From NCBI GenBank assembly GCA_964234715.1, contig OZ174282.1: a DNA stretch of 64,000 bases. One strand, 5' to 3'. The DNA comes from Podarcis melisellensis. Its lineage: Eukaryota. The translations under genes were made by a program, and so were the position numbers. Each line of letters begins with the position of its first letter. Within the stretch, counting starts at the first letter, position 1. Below the pieces are notes generated by a model that saw only the letters and a program-made list of their open reading frames with translations, made no database searches and was not told where the DNA came from. Of this stretch, positions 22,720-35,878 are shown one piece after another.

Positions 22720-23946
22720 GTTGGTCTTCCTGGTACAGAGTTTGTCAAGTTAGGAATAGAGAATTTGAGACTTCCGCATTTCACCTAGTGCGTTCCTAAG
22801 ATCTAACTGGTCCATTCCTAAGATCTAACAGGTAAAATGTGGCCTGCTGACATCTGAACCAACTTAGTAAGCCCCAGATCTGTAAATTCTCCTTAGCATG
22901 TCTCAATAAATGCAGAGGATCTTACAAGCATGTCTACTGAACTCTGAAAAGCTGTTAAGATGACAATTCCCATGCATTTACAGGTTTGCTCCATTTCACA
23001 ACTTTTTGGTTTTTAGTTCCCTTGGGCACAGTCACTGTGAATTAATCACTTGCCCCCTGTAATTTGTTCACACATCCCATCCCCGCAGTCTCAGAGGCAA
23101 CTCTGAGGTTGATTTCAGGAGCATACAGATCAGAAGGAATTGCCACGAGTTCTAATCCCAGTCAGGTTATTGGCTCTTTTTATGACCTCCTGCAACTCCT
23201 GACTTTCAGCTGAGCAGCAATGGCCTCTGCTAACTGGCTGCTGATTTTGAACATTATGTCTGTTTGCAGTTGTGATCTTTTAGTATAGAGAGAAAGGAAA
23301 ATTTGTCTGCTACTAATCACCTTGTTTCTCCTTTATTCAAATTGCAATTAATGGTGATGCAAAGAGACTGAAGTAAACAATATATACTTTGGAAATTACT
23401 CTTGACATTGGTTAACCAACCCACTGTATGGAAACTGGGGTCTCATTCTGTCTCTTTATAGCCTTCAGCAAATCACTGTTTCTCAGCCTCCTTCCCTATT
23501 CATAAAAATGTTAATAATAATAATAACAAGAATAATTAAGAGCCTAATCTTCTGGAACACTTAAGGGGATGAATGCGTTAAGGTTTGTATGGTAGTTTGT
23601 AGGCTAAAAAACCATCTTTAACTGAGACTTAAAGCTTGTTTTCTAAAAGCTACACAAATGCAATGTCAAGAAATAAATGAACATCAAGTATATGTTGTCA
23701 TTATGATATTTCAGTGATGTCACACCAGTGTCACAGGTCAGTATGCTACTGCAAATGTCCAGGATGGAAGGGTTAATATGCTATGTAGACTATGATGTTG
23801 ATTGACATTGTTCAAAGGACTTGAACAAAATTTGTTGGTGGTGCCCTCGGGGAATAGGTTTGTTTTACCCTTTAGTTTTGCTTATTTCACCTTTGAGTCA
23901 TACCTCTCCAGAGCTCTTTTAGAGTTACTGTTTTCTCTTTCTCTAG

Positions 23947-24050
23947 CTGGTAGCAATGGCCCTTTCCTATGTGGCAAGCAAACTACCTTTGAAGGTGGCA
24001 TGAGAGAGCCAGCAATTGCCTGGTGGCCAGGACATGTACCTGCTGGGCAG
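23947..24050 (+). CDS. GALNS: GALNS exon 9: [34 protein letters not shown]
   Basis: ctctag|CT GGT...GGG CAG|gtgaga; 104 nt; GKxTxFEGG motif. Confidence 0.97.
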
Positions 24051-25699
24051 GTGAGAGTCTGCAGTTATTTAATGACTTTGTTACAGTCTGTTCTGAAGGT
24101 GTCCCTTTCTTTTTAATGAATTCTAGTGGGCTTTTAGTCAGAGAGACCTGTTCTCATCTTGCAGAAGAGCCTTCCAGGCACGGCAGTAAGATCTGGTGTT
24201 GCAGCACTATGGAGTGAGCCATTTTTTCCCACAAGGCTAGAGGTAGACGGGGGCCTTTTGAGCTCTTGCCTCCAGTCTTGCTCTCCCTGGTTGCACCCCC
24301 TTTGTGAGAACTGCAATCCTCTGGCCTGTAGATGGGCATTCTCCTGCAGTGTGTGGCCTCCTGCTTTGTGTGCTTCTTGCACCCTTTTGAATCCATGGAG
24401 GGTCGCTGCCAGGCAGTGCAGACAACACTGAGCCAGATGAACCAATGGTCTGAGTCAATATAAGGCAGTTTTGTATGTTCCTAGGCAGCTAGAATAATCA
24501 TCAGGGTAACTCAGTTGATCTTCCACCACCCTTATAGTTAGAATGACCTTTCTCCAATCCTGCCTAGACATTTTTAGTGGCAGTTCAGACTGTTTCAGTA
24601 TGTTTTCCCCCTTGTATCTCTAGAAGGTTAGAACAAACAACTTCAGTTCTTCCTAACAGATTGTAGGAAGGCAAAGCAAAATGTTGGAACACCAATCATG
24701 ATAATCTGCTGTTGGAGCAAAGTTACCTAATTTTATATTTAGCCTTCTATAAAGCAAATAACAATACAGTAGTAATATTTAACATTACTCAGGAGTTTAA
24801 AGCACTTCACATGCATTACTTCAGATGCATAATCCTTATAGTAACCCTACATAGGAAGTCTCTTTTATTATCCCCCATATTGGAGGGGTAAGGGGTGGGG
24901 AGACTGGGAGGACTAACGCTGTACGGCAGTGGCTTACCTATGGCACTATGAACTGCCTTTGTAAAGTACAGTTGCTGGTACCCACCCAGGCCATTGCCAT
25001 GAGAGCTATGCATCTAAACATCCCTAATTGTCTTCCAGATTGCTGGCTCGCTTCCATAGGGCCAACACTGTTACCTGTAACAAGTGCATGCGCAATATTC
25101 AGGGCACATGTTTAAAGTGGAGTATGTGTGCTCACTCCTCCTCCCTAGCTTGACTTAGCTTTAACTGTGAGCCCTTTGGAACAGAATCCTTCTGTATCTG
25201 CACAGTGATGGGTTTATAACTGATCTGCTAATTTAGTATATCTCATGTTAGGGAAGCAGCCCTCACATGTTGTCCTAAAGCATCCAAGAAATAGGCAAAA
25301 GTGGGTTGGGATTTTTAGGTGACTGTTGCACTGAGGGAGGTCTGTGTACTAGGATGTGGCTGTTTCTCTGCTTAAATGTGAAGTGATTCTGAGCTCTACG
25401 GTAACCAGCAGGTAGCTCTCCTCAGGTGGCAACAATGGTGTGTGCAAGAAACCATCTTGGTACTCATTAATGATCAAACAATCAAAGCCTGCAGGAAACA
25501 GGTTTCTAAGTAAATAATGGGTGTTTTCTTTCTTTTGTGGATATCTTCATTCCAAAGAGAGAGAGCTGTTCAGAAACTGGACTTTTATGAATCCTTTGTG
25601 CTCTTGGACGAAGAAAACTTTTAGTTTCTAATCTACATCTCCTTTCATGGCTTTTTAATTAAATTGAGAAGAAGGCACTGTATGAATGACACATTGGCC

Positions 25700-26040
25700 T
25701 AGCTTGCACAAAACGCTAAACCACACACCATGGCTTAGTGGGTATGAGCAATTGTGCATGTTCCCAGAGTGAAGATCTTGACTGCTGCATTCCTCTCTTG
25801 GTCCTGTTGCTGCTGAGGCTACATTATGGTTTAGCTTAGTGTTAAGTCTGAATCCTGGCTTGTCCCCCTGACAAACCACAGGTGGTAAACCAATAGCAAA
25901 CATTGGCCACACCTTGTGGTTTGGAGTGAGACAAACAATGAGCCCAGGTTCGACCATAACATGCTCTTCCCTGTGATCACCATGTTTGCTTGTTTGCATT
26001 AAGTCATGGTTTGGCTCGATGTTAACATGTGCACCATGTC
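25700..26040. mobile_element. Degenerate palindromic MITE-like element (aaacca/tggttt motifs)
   Basis: Inverted motif arrangement gctaaaccacaccatggcttag...aaaccacaggtgg / ccacaccttgtggttt...ttaagtcatggtttggc. Confidence 0.45.
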
Positions 26041-26472
26041 ATTGACTGAGTGGGAAGGATGCTTCCAGATATCTTAAACCCAGTGAATGAAGTGGAGAGA
26101 TGATTTCAGGTTTGTCACTGTTAATGTGTATTGCACACAATCATATGTCATCCTCTTTAAAATGTTGAACGTAGCACTTTTGATCTCTATTCAGAGGTGT
26201 TTGTGTAGGTGAACTCTTTGCAAGCAAAGGCCAGTGGTCTCTGAATGTTGCACACAACATACTTTTGATCCTCAGCCAGCAGGCTCCGTCTGAGCCCCTC
26301 TGCCGTCCCTTGGTGCCTCCTACTCACCATCCTGTAAGGGCTCTCCTGGGGAGTTGGCTTCCTTTGTTGGGATTGCACACCTTTAGAGATAAAGCCTCTG
26401 TTCCATGTGCCAGCATGAGAATGTGGTGGCAGCTCTTATTTTATAGAGAAATACAGCACAATAGATGTTAAT

Positions 26473-26720
26473 GGCAGTGTGGTGTAGTGGTTAAGAGCGG
26501 TAGACTCGTAATCTGGTGAACCGGGTTCGTGTCTCCGCTCCTCCACATGCAGCTGCTGGGTGACCTTGGGCTAGTCACACTTCTCTGAAGTCTCTCAGCC
26601 TCACTCACCTCACAGAGTGTTTGTTGTGGGGGAGGAAGGGAAAGGAGAATGTTAGCTGCTTTGAGACTCCTTCGGGTAGTGATAAAGCGGGATATCAAAT
26701 CCAAACTCTTCTTCTTCTTC
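26473..26720 (+). mobile_element. Squam3B-like tRNA-derived SINE with (CTT)n tail, young
   Basis: A-box gtggtgtagtggttaag, B-box ggttcgtgtc, CORE-like body, tail atccaaactcttcttcttcttc; about 90% identical by eye to the copy at 35879-36133. Confidence 0.85.
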
Positions 26721-29177
26721 CTCTTATGCTCTGAAGCCCCATAGTCTCCCTGCTGCAGGTGAGAAGTAAAGGGCTGCTTTTTGTTTCTACCTATCTGCTC
26801 TGGCATCATGTTCTGCTGATCTGCATGGTGCTTTCCCTGCTTTTCTAGTTCTTTCTTCATTCTTTCTCTTTTCAAGGTTTGTTGCCTGACCTCTTCTATC
26901 TGCTCCCCCTCCAAAAAAAGGATTTCAATGGGACATATTTACAGATTTTTGTTGCATATCTGCATTGCTTAATTCACTCCTTACTTTACTGTGTTGCCTA
27001 ATTGAAGCTGAAGTAGCTCACAGCCTATCTTTATAATCAATGCCAGAAATATCTCTAGGACATCCGTAGATAACACCTCATGCATCATGAAGTGGACTGC
27101 AGCCCATGAAAGCTTAATGCCAGAAAAGAATTGTTAGATGTTTCAGGTGTTACAAGACCCTTTGTTGTTTTTGCTGCAGGAGACTAAGGCAGCTACTCCT
27201 CTGGAAATCTAGGAATCAATACAGGCATGAGTGGAAGTTGTTTACGTGGCTGGAGTTTCCTCTTTTTGAAGAGAGGGCAAAAGCTCCTTCCCAGAGGAAT
27301 GTATTGCAAGAGAAAAAATCCTAAGTTAACCTTGTATTCTGCCATTGTTGTATTACAGAAGCTGATCTGTTTCTGTTTCTTTTGGCTGTCTTTAATTTGA
27401 TACCGAGCTACCCACCTACAAGGCAGTTTACAAAGAATGAGGAGAGAACAGGCACCTGTTCCTAAGGACTGTCAAGAGCCTTTGCCAACCTTGTGCCCTC
27501 CATATGATTTGGACCACGGCTTCCATCAGCCCTTGCCATGTTGGATGGAGCTGATGGGAGTTGTAATCCAAAATAACTGGAGGGAACCACGCTGGCAAAG
27601 GGTGACATACAGTATTGAAATTGACACAAAAACGGCAATAGAAGGAGGGAAGGGGCTGTATCAAAGACTTCATAGGAAATGCTACATTCCAACATCATTT
27701 TAGGTACACTTAGTCCCCAGATACCAGTGGGTTTAAGTACTCCTGTCTCTGTCTTGGATTGCAGCCTTTGACATGAACTCTTTTTTGCCCAAATGAATGG
27801 TTTGTGAGCAGATATTTTTTGTTACATGACAAACTCTGATATTCACAGACAAACAAGCTATGGAGCTTTATAAACCATTTTTAAACAACAACAACAGCAG
27901 CAGAAGCAGCAGCACATGTGTCTGTTAAAGATGGAGCTGTGTGTTCATTGTACCAAAGGAAACTCAATTGATATATGCCTTTTAAATAATGTACTGTATG
28001 ATGCAGACTGCAAATCTGGATAAATTTATATTTGCAGGATTTGGAATATTCTGGCAACTACTAGCACATTGAAAAACCATAGAAGAGGGGATAAATAGCT
28101 TGGGTATGAGAAGGCATTAGCTGTCCTGCCATGTGAGAACTATCGTAATCTTGTCTCAAGATGGCATTTTTAAGCTTTCTACAGACATTCCTCATTATAC
28201 TCTCAAACATGAGGGCTAGAAACTGCTTCAAACGAAAGCAGAAGTTCTCAGAAGGTCAATATGCATGTCAAGATTCTTGAGTGTGCAAACAGAGTGGACA
28301 TGGGGAATGTACTAAGTATACATACATTAGTCAAACTGAAGAAAGTGTGTTAAATATAAGAATAAAGGAACATGGTACAGCAGAACTGGAATGAGAGAAT
28401 AGTGGGTGATTTGGGGGGTTTTTGGGTTAGTTCTGGAGGAGAGTTTTCTGAACCAGAAGCGTCCTCCTTACTAAGTTTTCATAGTGTCAGTTTTCATAGG
28501 TTTTTTTGCCCATACTGTTTTAGGTTGTGGAACATAAACAAGCACTCTTTCTGGATTTCTTGCTCTCCCCACTACCCAAAAGTCTTGGCTGAATTTTCCA
28601 GGTGGATACATAACCAGCGAAAACAAACTTTAAACATTTTCCCATGCTGCCTCTGCCTTCTAGAAGCATCCTGCTGGCAGGAATCTGTGTTCTGCTGTTC
28701 TTTGAATCCTCTGTTTGCTGTGTGCCCCCTCCTTTCCTTTCCTTTCTCTTCCCCTCCCACCACCGCCACAGCTCTCCCCCCCCCCCCGCGCGCTCCCCTC
28801 TTCCCACCTCCCCGGTTCTGCTCCCTGAAGGAGAAAAGAACATATCAACCCAAAGACAGCAGTGCAACCTTTTCTTCACTATCTCCCACAGGGCACAAAT
28901 TGAAATTGAATTAGACAGGGATATCAGGTCTGCTTGCTGTGATAAATGTAAAAGGATTTTATTTAAAAACACCCTGACATTTGTTCACCCAGTTTCAAAT
29001 ATTTAGCTTTCCCCCTTTCCATTCCTGGCGGGGGCAACTTTATTAATTGTCGCCTTTGATTCAGAGTTAGAGCTTGAAAGCACTGATAACGCTGGCGCTG
29101 GCTATTTCTTCTCGCAATGTGGCCCAGAGCAAAAAGGATTTCATTTTCTTAAAGACATTCTGTGTATGCCGAGAGTT

Positions 29178-29182
<5 letters not shown>

Positions 29183-29214
<32 letters not shown>
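29183..29214. repeat. (TA)n microsatellite
   Basis: Direct read. Confidence 0.95.
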
Positions 29215-29216
<2 letters not shown>

Positions 29217-30386
29217 CATTTTTATTAAAAAAAACAACCTCTTCTTTACTTGCGGAATACCGGCTGTTCCTTGCTGATACTGGAAATATCTGATCTTGCT
29301 CCTCTGTTTTTCATTATTTATTTTTCACTGGGCTGTTACTCTCTAGAATATCCTTCCTCCCCCCCCCCCATTTGTTACAGGAATTGCAAGCAAAATGAAA
29401 GCGTGCTGTCAACGCAAGAAAATACTAAATCCCCCCCAACCTTATTTCTCCTCTGAAAATACTTCAAAGTTTATATAAAAATCGTAACCTCCTCCCTGCC
29501 CCACTTCCCCCCCCCCTCCGGTTCTTCTCTTTAATGTGGTGCTACAGATAAAACCAAGTGGCTGTAACACTGACGTTTAATTTCTTTTAAGAAGTTTTCT
29601 CTCCCTTTACGCAGAGAGAACAGCGTGGAAGACCACGGATGTAATTGGCCATTTAAAGTGAGCTGCCTGCACTCCGGGCTCTGTTTAATAGTGAGGGGCA
29701 GGTACAAGGAAGTCGCTGGCAGCTCCCTACTGGCCAGTCTATTGATTCAGGACAGAAATCAAAGGCTCTTTGAGTTTACCCACAATGTTCTGTTAAAAAA
29801 GCGACCTTAAACCATTCACCTCTTCCCCCTGCCGCTGCCCTTCCAGCCCTAACACAGCTTGGAGAATTTACAGCATAGCGTGGTCCACAGGAGCCCAGCT
29901 TGGAGAAATGCTGCTCCTGTTGGGCTCAGCAGCTGCTTCCAAAAGCCTTCGACCTTGATTGCTGCTCTGAAAGGGTCTTTTAAAATTTATTTTTTGAAAT
30001 ATATAACTGCAAACATGAACCCATAAAAACAATATGCAGGTTCCAACTACTACCATATTGTACAGAAGTATCCTTTTCTCATCGCCCTGAAAAGCCCCAC
30101 CACCATACTACACTTCATCACTTACCTGTATTATTTTAAACTTATATATCATCTCAATCATGAGAATGTGTCCAAAAATTCCAAATCGCATGTCTCTGAA
30201 ACTGGTGAGTGTGCGACTTTACTGCTTCCGCAGCTTCCTTTAGGTATCTTAGCAAACCTCTGCTGGTAGGCCTGGCACCAGGCTTCTTTGGGTCTAAGAG
30301 TTCAAAGAACAAGTATAGAGGACAAGAGGTGGGATGATTAGACTCCCTCCCTCAAAGACACTTGGGCCACGTAGCTTGCTACTTGG

Positions 30387-30387
<1 letters not shown>

Positions 30388-30439
<52 letters not shown>
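30388..30439. repeat. (TTA)n microsatellite, probably the tail of an L2-derived fragment to its right
   Basis: Direct read; followed by tactgccctatacccagaagtctcagggtggttcaca. Confidence 0.9.
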
Positions 30440-30440
<1 letters not shown>

Positions 30441-30539
30441 CTGCCCTATACCCAGAAGTCTCAGGGTGGTTCACAGAATAAAAATTTAGCTGTAAAACAA
30501 AATTTTAGCTGTAAAAATGAAATAATGCTGGTACATGGC

Positions 30540-30882
30540 TGTAGGTTAGAATACATGTATTGCATGCAGAAGGCTCTGGGTTCAATTCCTGGCATCTCCA
30601 TGTAGGATGGGGAAACAGACCCATCTGAAATCCGAGAAAGTTGTTATCAGTCACTGTTAAAAGGCAGCTTCCGCTGATCCTATTTTAATAATTCCTTCAG
30701 AATCATGAGGATTCTTAGTTTCTCTCCAAGGAAGGGCCATTGCTCAGTTTTAGAGCATATACTTTGCATGCAAAAGATTCCAGGCTGCTTCCTCAGTACT
30801 TCTAGGTAGGGGCTGGAAAGACCTGGTTTGAAACCCTGGTAAGCTGCTTCCATTGTAGGTGATAACTGGGAAAAAGCTTCCT
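30540..30882 (+). mobile_element. Two tandem degenerate tRNA-derived SINE copies
   Basis: Both carry tgcatgcagaagg...ggttcaattcctggcatctcca..gtagg(g) heads; another copy lies at 31363-31620, just after exon 10. Confidence 0.65.
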
Positions 30883-31060
30883 AAACACAAGCTTTTTACC
30901 CAACTGCCTGGAGTAGAATCCAGAATCAAACCCTGAACTGCATATCTTGGAAGGTGATGAGACTATTCTTAAGACCTCATCATTGGAAGCAGAAGCTCCC
31001 TCAACTCAGGGTCTGCTAGCTTTGATTGTTTTGCAAATGCTCTTGTCTTGTCAATGACAG

Positions 31061-31197
31061 GTGAGTCATCAGCTGGCAAGCGTGATGGATCTCTTCACCA
31101 CCAGCCTCGCATTGGCAGGACTGCAGCCTCCCAGTGACAGACAGATCGACGGAATCGACCTTTCGCCTGTCATCCTGCAAGGCAAGTTAATTGACAG
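31061..31197 (+). CDS. GALNS: GALNS exon 10: [45 protein letters not shown]
   Basis: tgacag|GTG AGT CAT...GAC AG|gtgagt; 137 nt; IDGxDL motif. Confidence 0.95.
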
Positions 31198-32566
31198 GTG
31201 AGTTATGAACATCACACTCACGGCTTTCCATCCCTTGACTCCTCCAATTACTGGTGTGGAGCAGAAAAAGTTGGATATTTTTAGAGCCTCTTATTTTTAG
31301 AATGGGTCGGGTATTTTGGCTGCTGGATTGGGTGTTTTAAAGTAATGCTATTGTACTGACTCTAGCTCCCTGGCAGAGCACATATTGCTTGCAGAAAGTC
31401 CTAGGTTTAATCTTCAGCATCTCCCAAGTAGGACTGAGAGAACTGTCTAAAACCCTGGAGAGCCACTGCCGCTCAGCGTGGTATACAGTACTGGGTTTGA
31501 TGGACCAGTGCTCTGATTTATTATAATTGATTAATTAATTAATTAATTTTTCTATACCGCCCTTCATCCGAAGATCACAAGGCAATTTACAGTGATTTTG
31601 ACTGATATAAGGCAGCTTCACATATACACCCATAATACAATGTCGATTATATTTGTCCTCTCTAATTAGGAACAAATGTTCATATACAAGTAATAAGAAG
31701 TACTGGATAGAGAGAGTCAGTGGCAGGACATGAGGTGAAGGGCAAACACTATACCAGATCCTTCGGCTATTTTCTAGAAATCATCCTGAAAATGTGAATT
31801 AATGCAGACCTCCCCACTGAATTTTCTTCATTGCTAATAGACTGCATACTGGTCCAGTATGAACCTCCTTTAAAATAACAGCTGATGCACATTGTGTGCG
31901 CTGAAAATATCTGGGTGGGGGAATTTTCTCTTACATCTTTTGCATGCAAGCACAGACAGTGTTTAAAAATCCCTTTCCTCTACATTTTTGTCACCCGACC
32001 TAATGTAGTTTCAAGGTGGTATGGGGCACAGGATGTCCCTCACATGGCAGATATCAAGATAATTATTTGTCTGTTCTGCTCAAAATTCCCCTTTCTGTGA
32101 CTGGTTTGCTAGTGTTCACAGCACACTTGTACAGTCTGGGTTTCCAGGGCCGTACGCTGAAGACTTTGGCTTCCTGTACCCTGTGCAGCTCCCATCACAC
32201 AGGTGCCCCCCCTTTTGGAGTATTTTAAGCCATCAGGCTCTGTGTGTGAAATTACATAGTCTGGTAGTTCAAGGATTAACAATTGCCAGCAAGATGACTT
32301 GCATAACATTTCATTCTTGCTTACGCAAACTCAGACTCTCGCCTTGATGGACGCTTTAAAAAATGCTAATTGAAAACCTTGCGGTGGAGGCTATTAGAAG
32401 GCAACCTGCTCCTGAGTGATAGCTGAGTTGCCAGCCAGGCTCCATTAAAGTGTTTGTCTCCCTTATCTGTGTGGCTGCCAAAAGCGAGGGAAGCCGCTTG
32501 TTTGGACACGTTACATTTCTCATGCGGCTGTACATATCTCTTGTTGTCCTTCCCTCTCTCCATCAG

Positions 32567-32669
32567 GCCAATATTTTATTACCGTGGCAACGAGATGATG
32601 GCAATACGGGTTGGGCCTTATAAGGCCCATTACTGGACCTGGAGCAATTCCTGGGAGCAATTCAGCCAG
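32567..32669 (+). CDS. GALNS: GALNS exon 11: PIFYYRGNEMMAIRVGPYKAHYWTWSNSWEQFSQ
   Basis: catcag|G CCA...AGC CAG|gtaatt; 103 nt. Confidence 0.97.
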
Positions 32670-34884
32670 GTAATTGAAAATCCTCCCTCCCTCCTTCCCT
32701 CCTGCATGCTTGTCTTCCTCCTCCCATGGAAATACACCCATCACTCCCAGAAGAGAAACGCAGATGATCAAAATGTCAACTTTTGCTCCATCTTCATTTT
32801 TGTTTAATGCAAGCCATGGTTTGGGGGATATGTTAAGGGGGTACAGATCAAGCTAGCCCACCTTCCAGAGCGGTGCTCAGGAGGCCATTGCCTGCGCATG
32901 TGCCTGCTGCTCTTTGTGACTGTCTCTGTCTAGTCCTGGCTGCTGTCATGTTCCTTCTGGTGGAGCATATGCCTGCACAACATCCTTCGGAAGCACAGCA
33001 GGTGGAGCTGGGCACCAGCAGCCTCTGGGAGCATCAGAGGAAAGTGCTGGGCAGCTTCAAGGAGAGGGTGAAGGAAGAACCAGAGGCTTGGAGGGTGATT
33101 TGGAGAGGCTTGGTGTGCCCTGTTAAGAAACAGTATGTAAAGTGTAACTGTGTAAAATGATAATAACCATAATCTCAGAAATTGCCGCCGCCACCCTTGT
33201 CAGAACCACCAATAGCCACAGCGGCATAAATCTGCCTCACTTTGAAGGGTATAATCAGCCTGCCAGACTTTTGGCATTGCCAGTTGTCAAATGCCCCAGA
33301 GTTTAGACCTTAGTTAAGAGCGGGAGAGAATAATTTTGAGCAGAAGAAATATTGCAGGCAGCAGCTTTGATCGTGCAGTGCGGAGGAGTGGATCATCTTT
33401 CTACGGATGAATAAAATGTAGCTTGCTTCCAATTCTGTGCTCTGCTGCACAAAGGCAGCTGGTCAGGGTGCTGAGCTTCTTGTGCTGGCATAAGGAGACC
33501 CTCCCCTCCTGCCTCCACCGTTAGATGTTGCCAGGCTTCCCAGACCCCTGTGGATGTTTGCTACTGACACCCTTCTGATCACCAGCACATTGTCATTCAA
33601 CCACTACAGAAATAAGTTCTTTTGAAACCTGCTTACGCCTTGCCCAGCACCCGATTCCAGGGGTCCTAGTATCCAACGCACCAAAAGAAGTGGGATGAGG
33701 CCAAGGACCAAGCCCTGTCTTGCTCTGATGGGCCACAAATACACACCATAAATTATAGAACGCCCTTCAAATATGCATCAAACTCTAGGGCAATCTGATC
33801 TCTGCTGCTTCTCACGAAGTGGCTTTATTCTCTGCTCTCTCTTTCTCTCCATTGGCTGCTCTCCTCTTTTTAGCTGCGCCTTTCCTTTCCTCCATCCTCC
33901 ATCCCGTCTACATTTACCAAAGCAGTGCTCAAGGTGGCTGGCAGCATTAAAACTACAATAAAAGAATCAAAAAGTAAACATGTAAATAAAATTAAATGCA
34001 AAAAACCAGAAGCAACATAATAGTTAATCAGCTTCAAATACCAAAATGAATGAAAAGCCCACCTGAACCAAATTGTTTTCACCTGCTAGAAGGGGGAGAC
34101 AAAGGAAACTACTATGAGAGAGAATGGGGGTAGCTGCAGGAAAGGTTCCCATATCCACTCTCTCATCCAGTTTCCATCTGGTCACAGCCTTCCTCCAGCT
34201 GCATTTGCCAAGCTGCTCTGGCAATGGAGATGGTGCATTGATGAAGCTTAGCATTGGTGCCAATCCTGATAGTATTTTTAATTCTTAGATTTCTGTTTCT
34301 CTCCTTCATGTCCTCTTCTTACCTAGCTTTCTTGAGAGAATAGGCCTTTTGTGATGGTGGGAAGACCGTTGCATTTGGAAGCAGGAGAGGGCCGCAACCC
34401 ACCCCGCCCCCATATTTTATGCAAAGATGGGAACGTGGATAAGTTTAATTGTTTTTATGCTGTGATTTAAGTATCTAGCACACAAACTGATGTTGAGAAG
34501 CATTTATTTTTGACCTGAGCCTCTTGCTACATGTCTGCCTTTCTGTGTGTGCGTAGCCGAGATAATGGGGACCAGTTACTCATTCCCAAGGTTATTCTCC
34601 TGTGAGCAGTGGCAGACGTGCAATTAAGGAATGTTTATTCCTTTCTAAGTCTTTGTTTAACTGCTAGTTGATAAAAGTCAGCAATTATACTGTACATCAG
34701 AGAGATGATTAAAAATTCATTTGCTTTCCTGCCGCTCATGTCGTCTGTGGTTGATGTGGGTAAAATTGGAGCACAGAATTAGTGGACAGAACAGCCATTA
34801 ACAACACTCAGAGAGAGAGCTGGGGTTGAAATTTGTTCAAATTCTTCTTCTCGTGCTCAGACATTAATTACAACCCAAGCCGGC

Positions 34885-34885
<1 letters not shown>

Positions 34886-34933
<48 letters not shown>
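34886..34933. repeat. (AAT)n microsatellite
   Basis: Direct read. Confidence 0.95.
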
Positions 34934-34935
<2 letters not shown>

Positions 34936-35878
34936 GTTATGCTTTCGATTTGCAGATACTTTAAATGCTCCCAAGGTGAAATTGTTGTACAATCTTTGTT
35001 TCACTGCCTTCAGATTCCATATCAATATTGTTGATATTGGGTGTTAGGAGTTACAAAAGCTGATTTCTTTGCAAAATTGTGTGTTAGGAATTACAGGTGT
35101 TGGTTTCATTGCAAAAATTGAGTCCTAATGCATAAATTGTAAGTGGCGCTGGAATTCCAGCCATGAGCTGATCCCACATTGCATTGGATCCACTGGAGCT
35201 TGTCATGGGCAATTGTTGGGTCTCCTCAGTGACTCATAATCAGCCGTTTGATTCAGATGCCTGGCTGTGCTTGACCCAAGGGAATGCAGTATTGTCATTA
35301 GCTTCCTTAGAGCCAGAACTGCATCCCCAAAGCTTTCACTTGCAAAGCTGTGAATTCAAAGCTGTGACGACAAGAAGAGTGCACCTCTTGGGGGTGTAGT
35401 GGAGTTCAACCTATCTAAACAGGACTGCACTTGATCAGATGTATCTAAACAGTCGTCACAGGCCAGTTTGTTTATTTTTTGGTCTTTTAAGGCAGGGATA
35501 GTGGCTGTCTGTTCTTGGCTCTCTTTCCTCCAGTCCGCGATGAATGAATAAGTTTCATGAAGGTTCCACATTCTGTGGTAATAGCAATTGTGGACAAAGT
35601 TCACAAGACCCAGGTCCCTTTCCATGTCTGTGAGCATTTTCCTCTACATATTACAGATTCATAAGTGCTCCATTCAATATGAGCTTTCATTCTGGATGGG
35701 GATCCTGGTCCATGGCTTGCCCCTCTTTGCTCATCTTGGCTCATCAGCTAAGGTGCTCCATTCTTGCAAATCATGCTGGCTACTCTTATTTGCTCTGGAG
35801 ATCAAGCCTTCTTTTAATTCCTTAACTTCTGGTGTTTGCAGTTCTAAGATCCAATAACCTCAGTGTCCCAAACACAGA

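Noticed and set aside
26473-26545. tRNA gene
   Set aside because: A and B boxes are present but continue into a SINE body and tail found in multiple copies; it is a SINE head, as are those at 5991, 43956 and 58984.
28372-29006. Overlapping 120-180 aa ORFs in intron 9 as a nested gene
   Set aside because: Low-complexity C/T-rich sequence, no recognisable domain, and no coherent splice structure.
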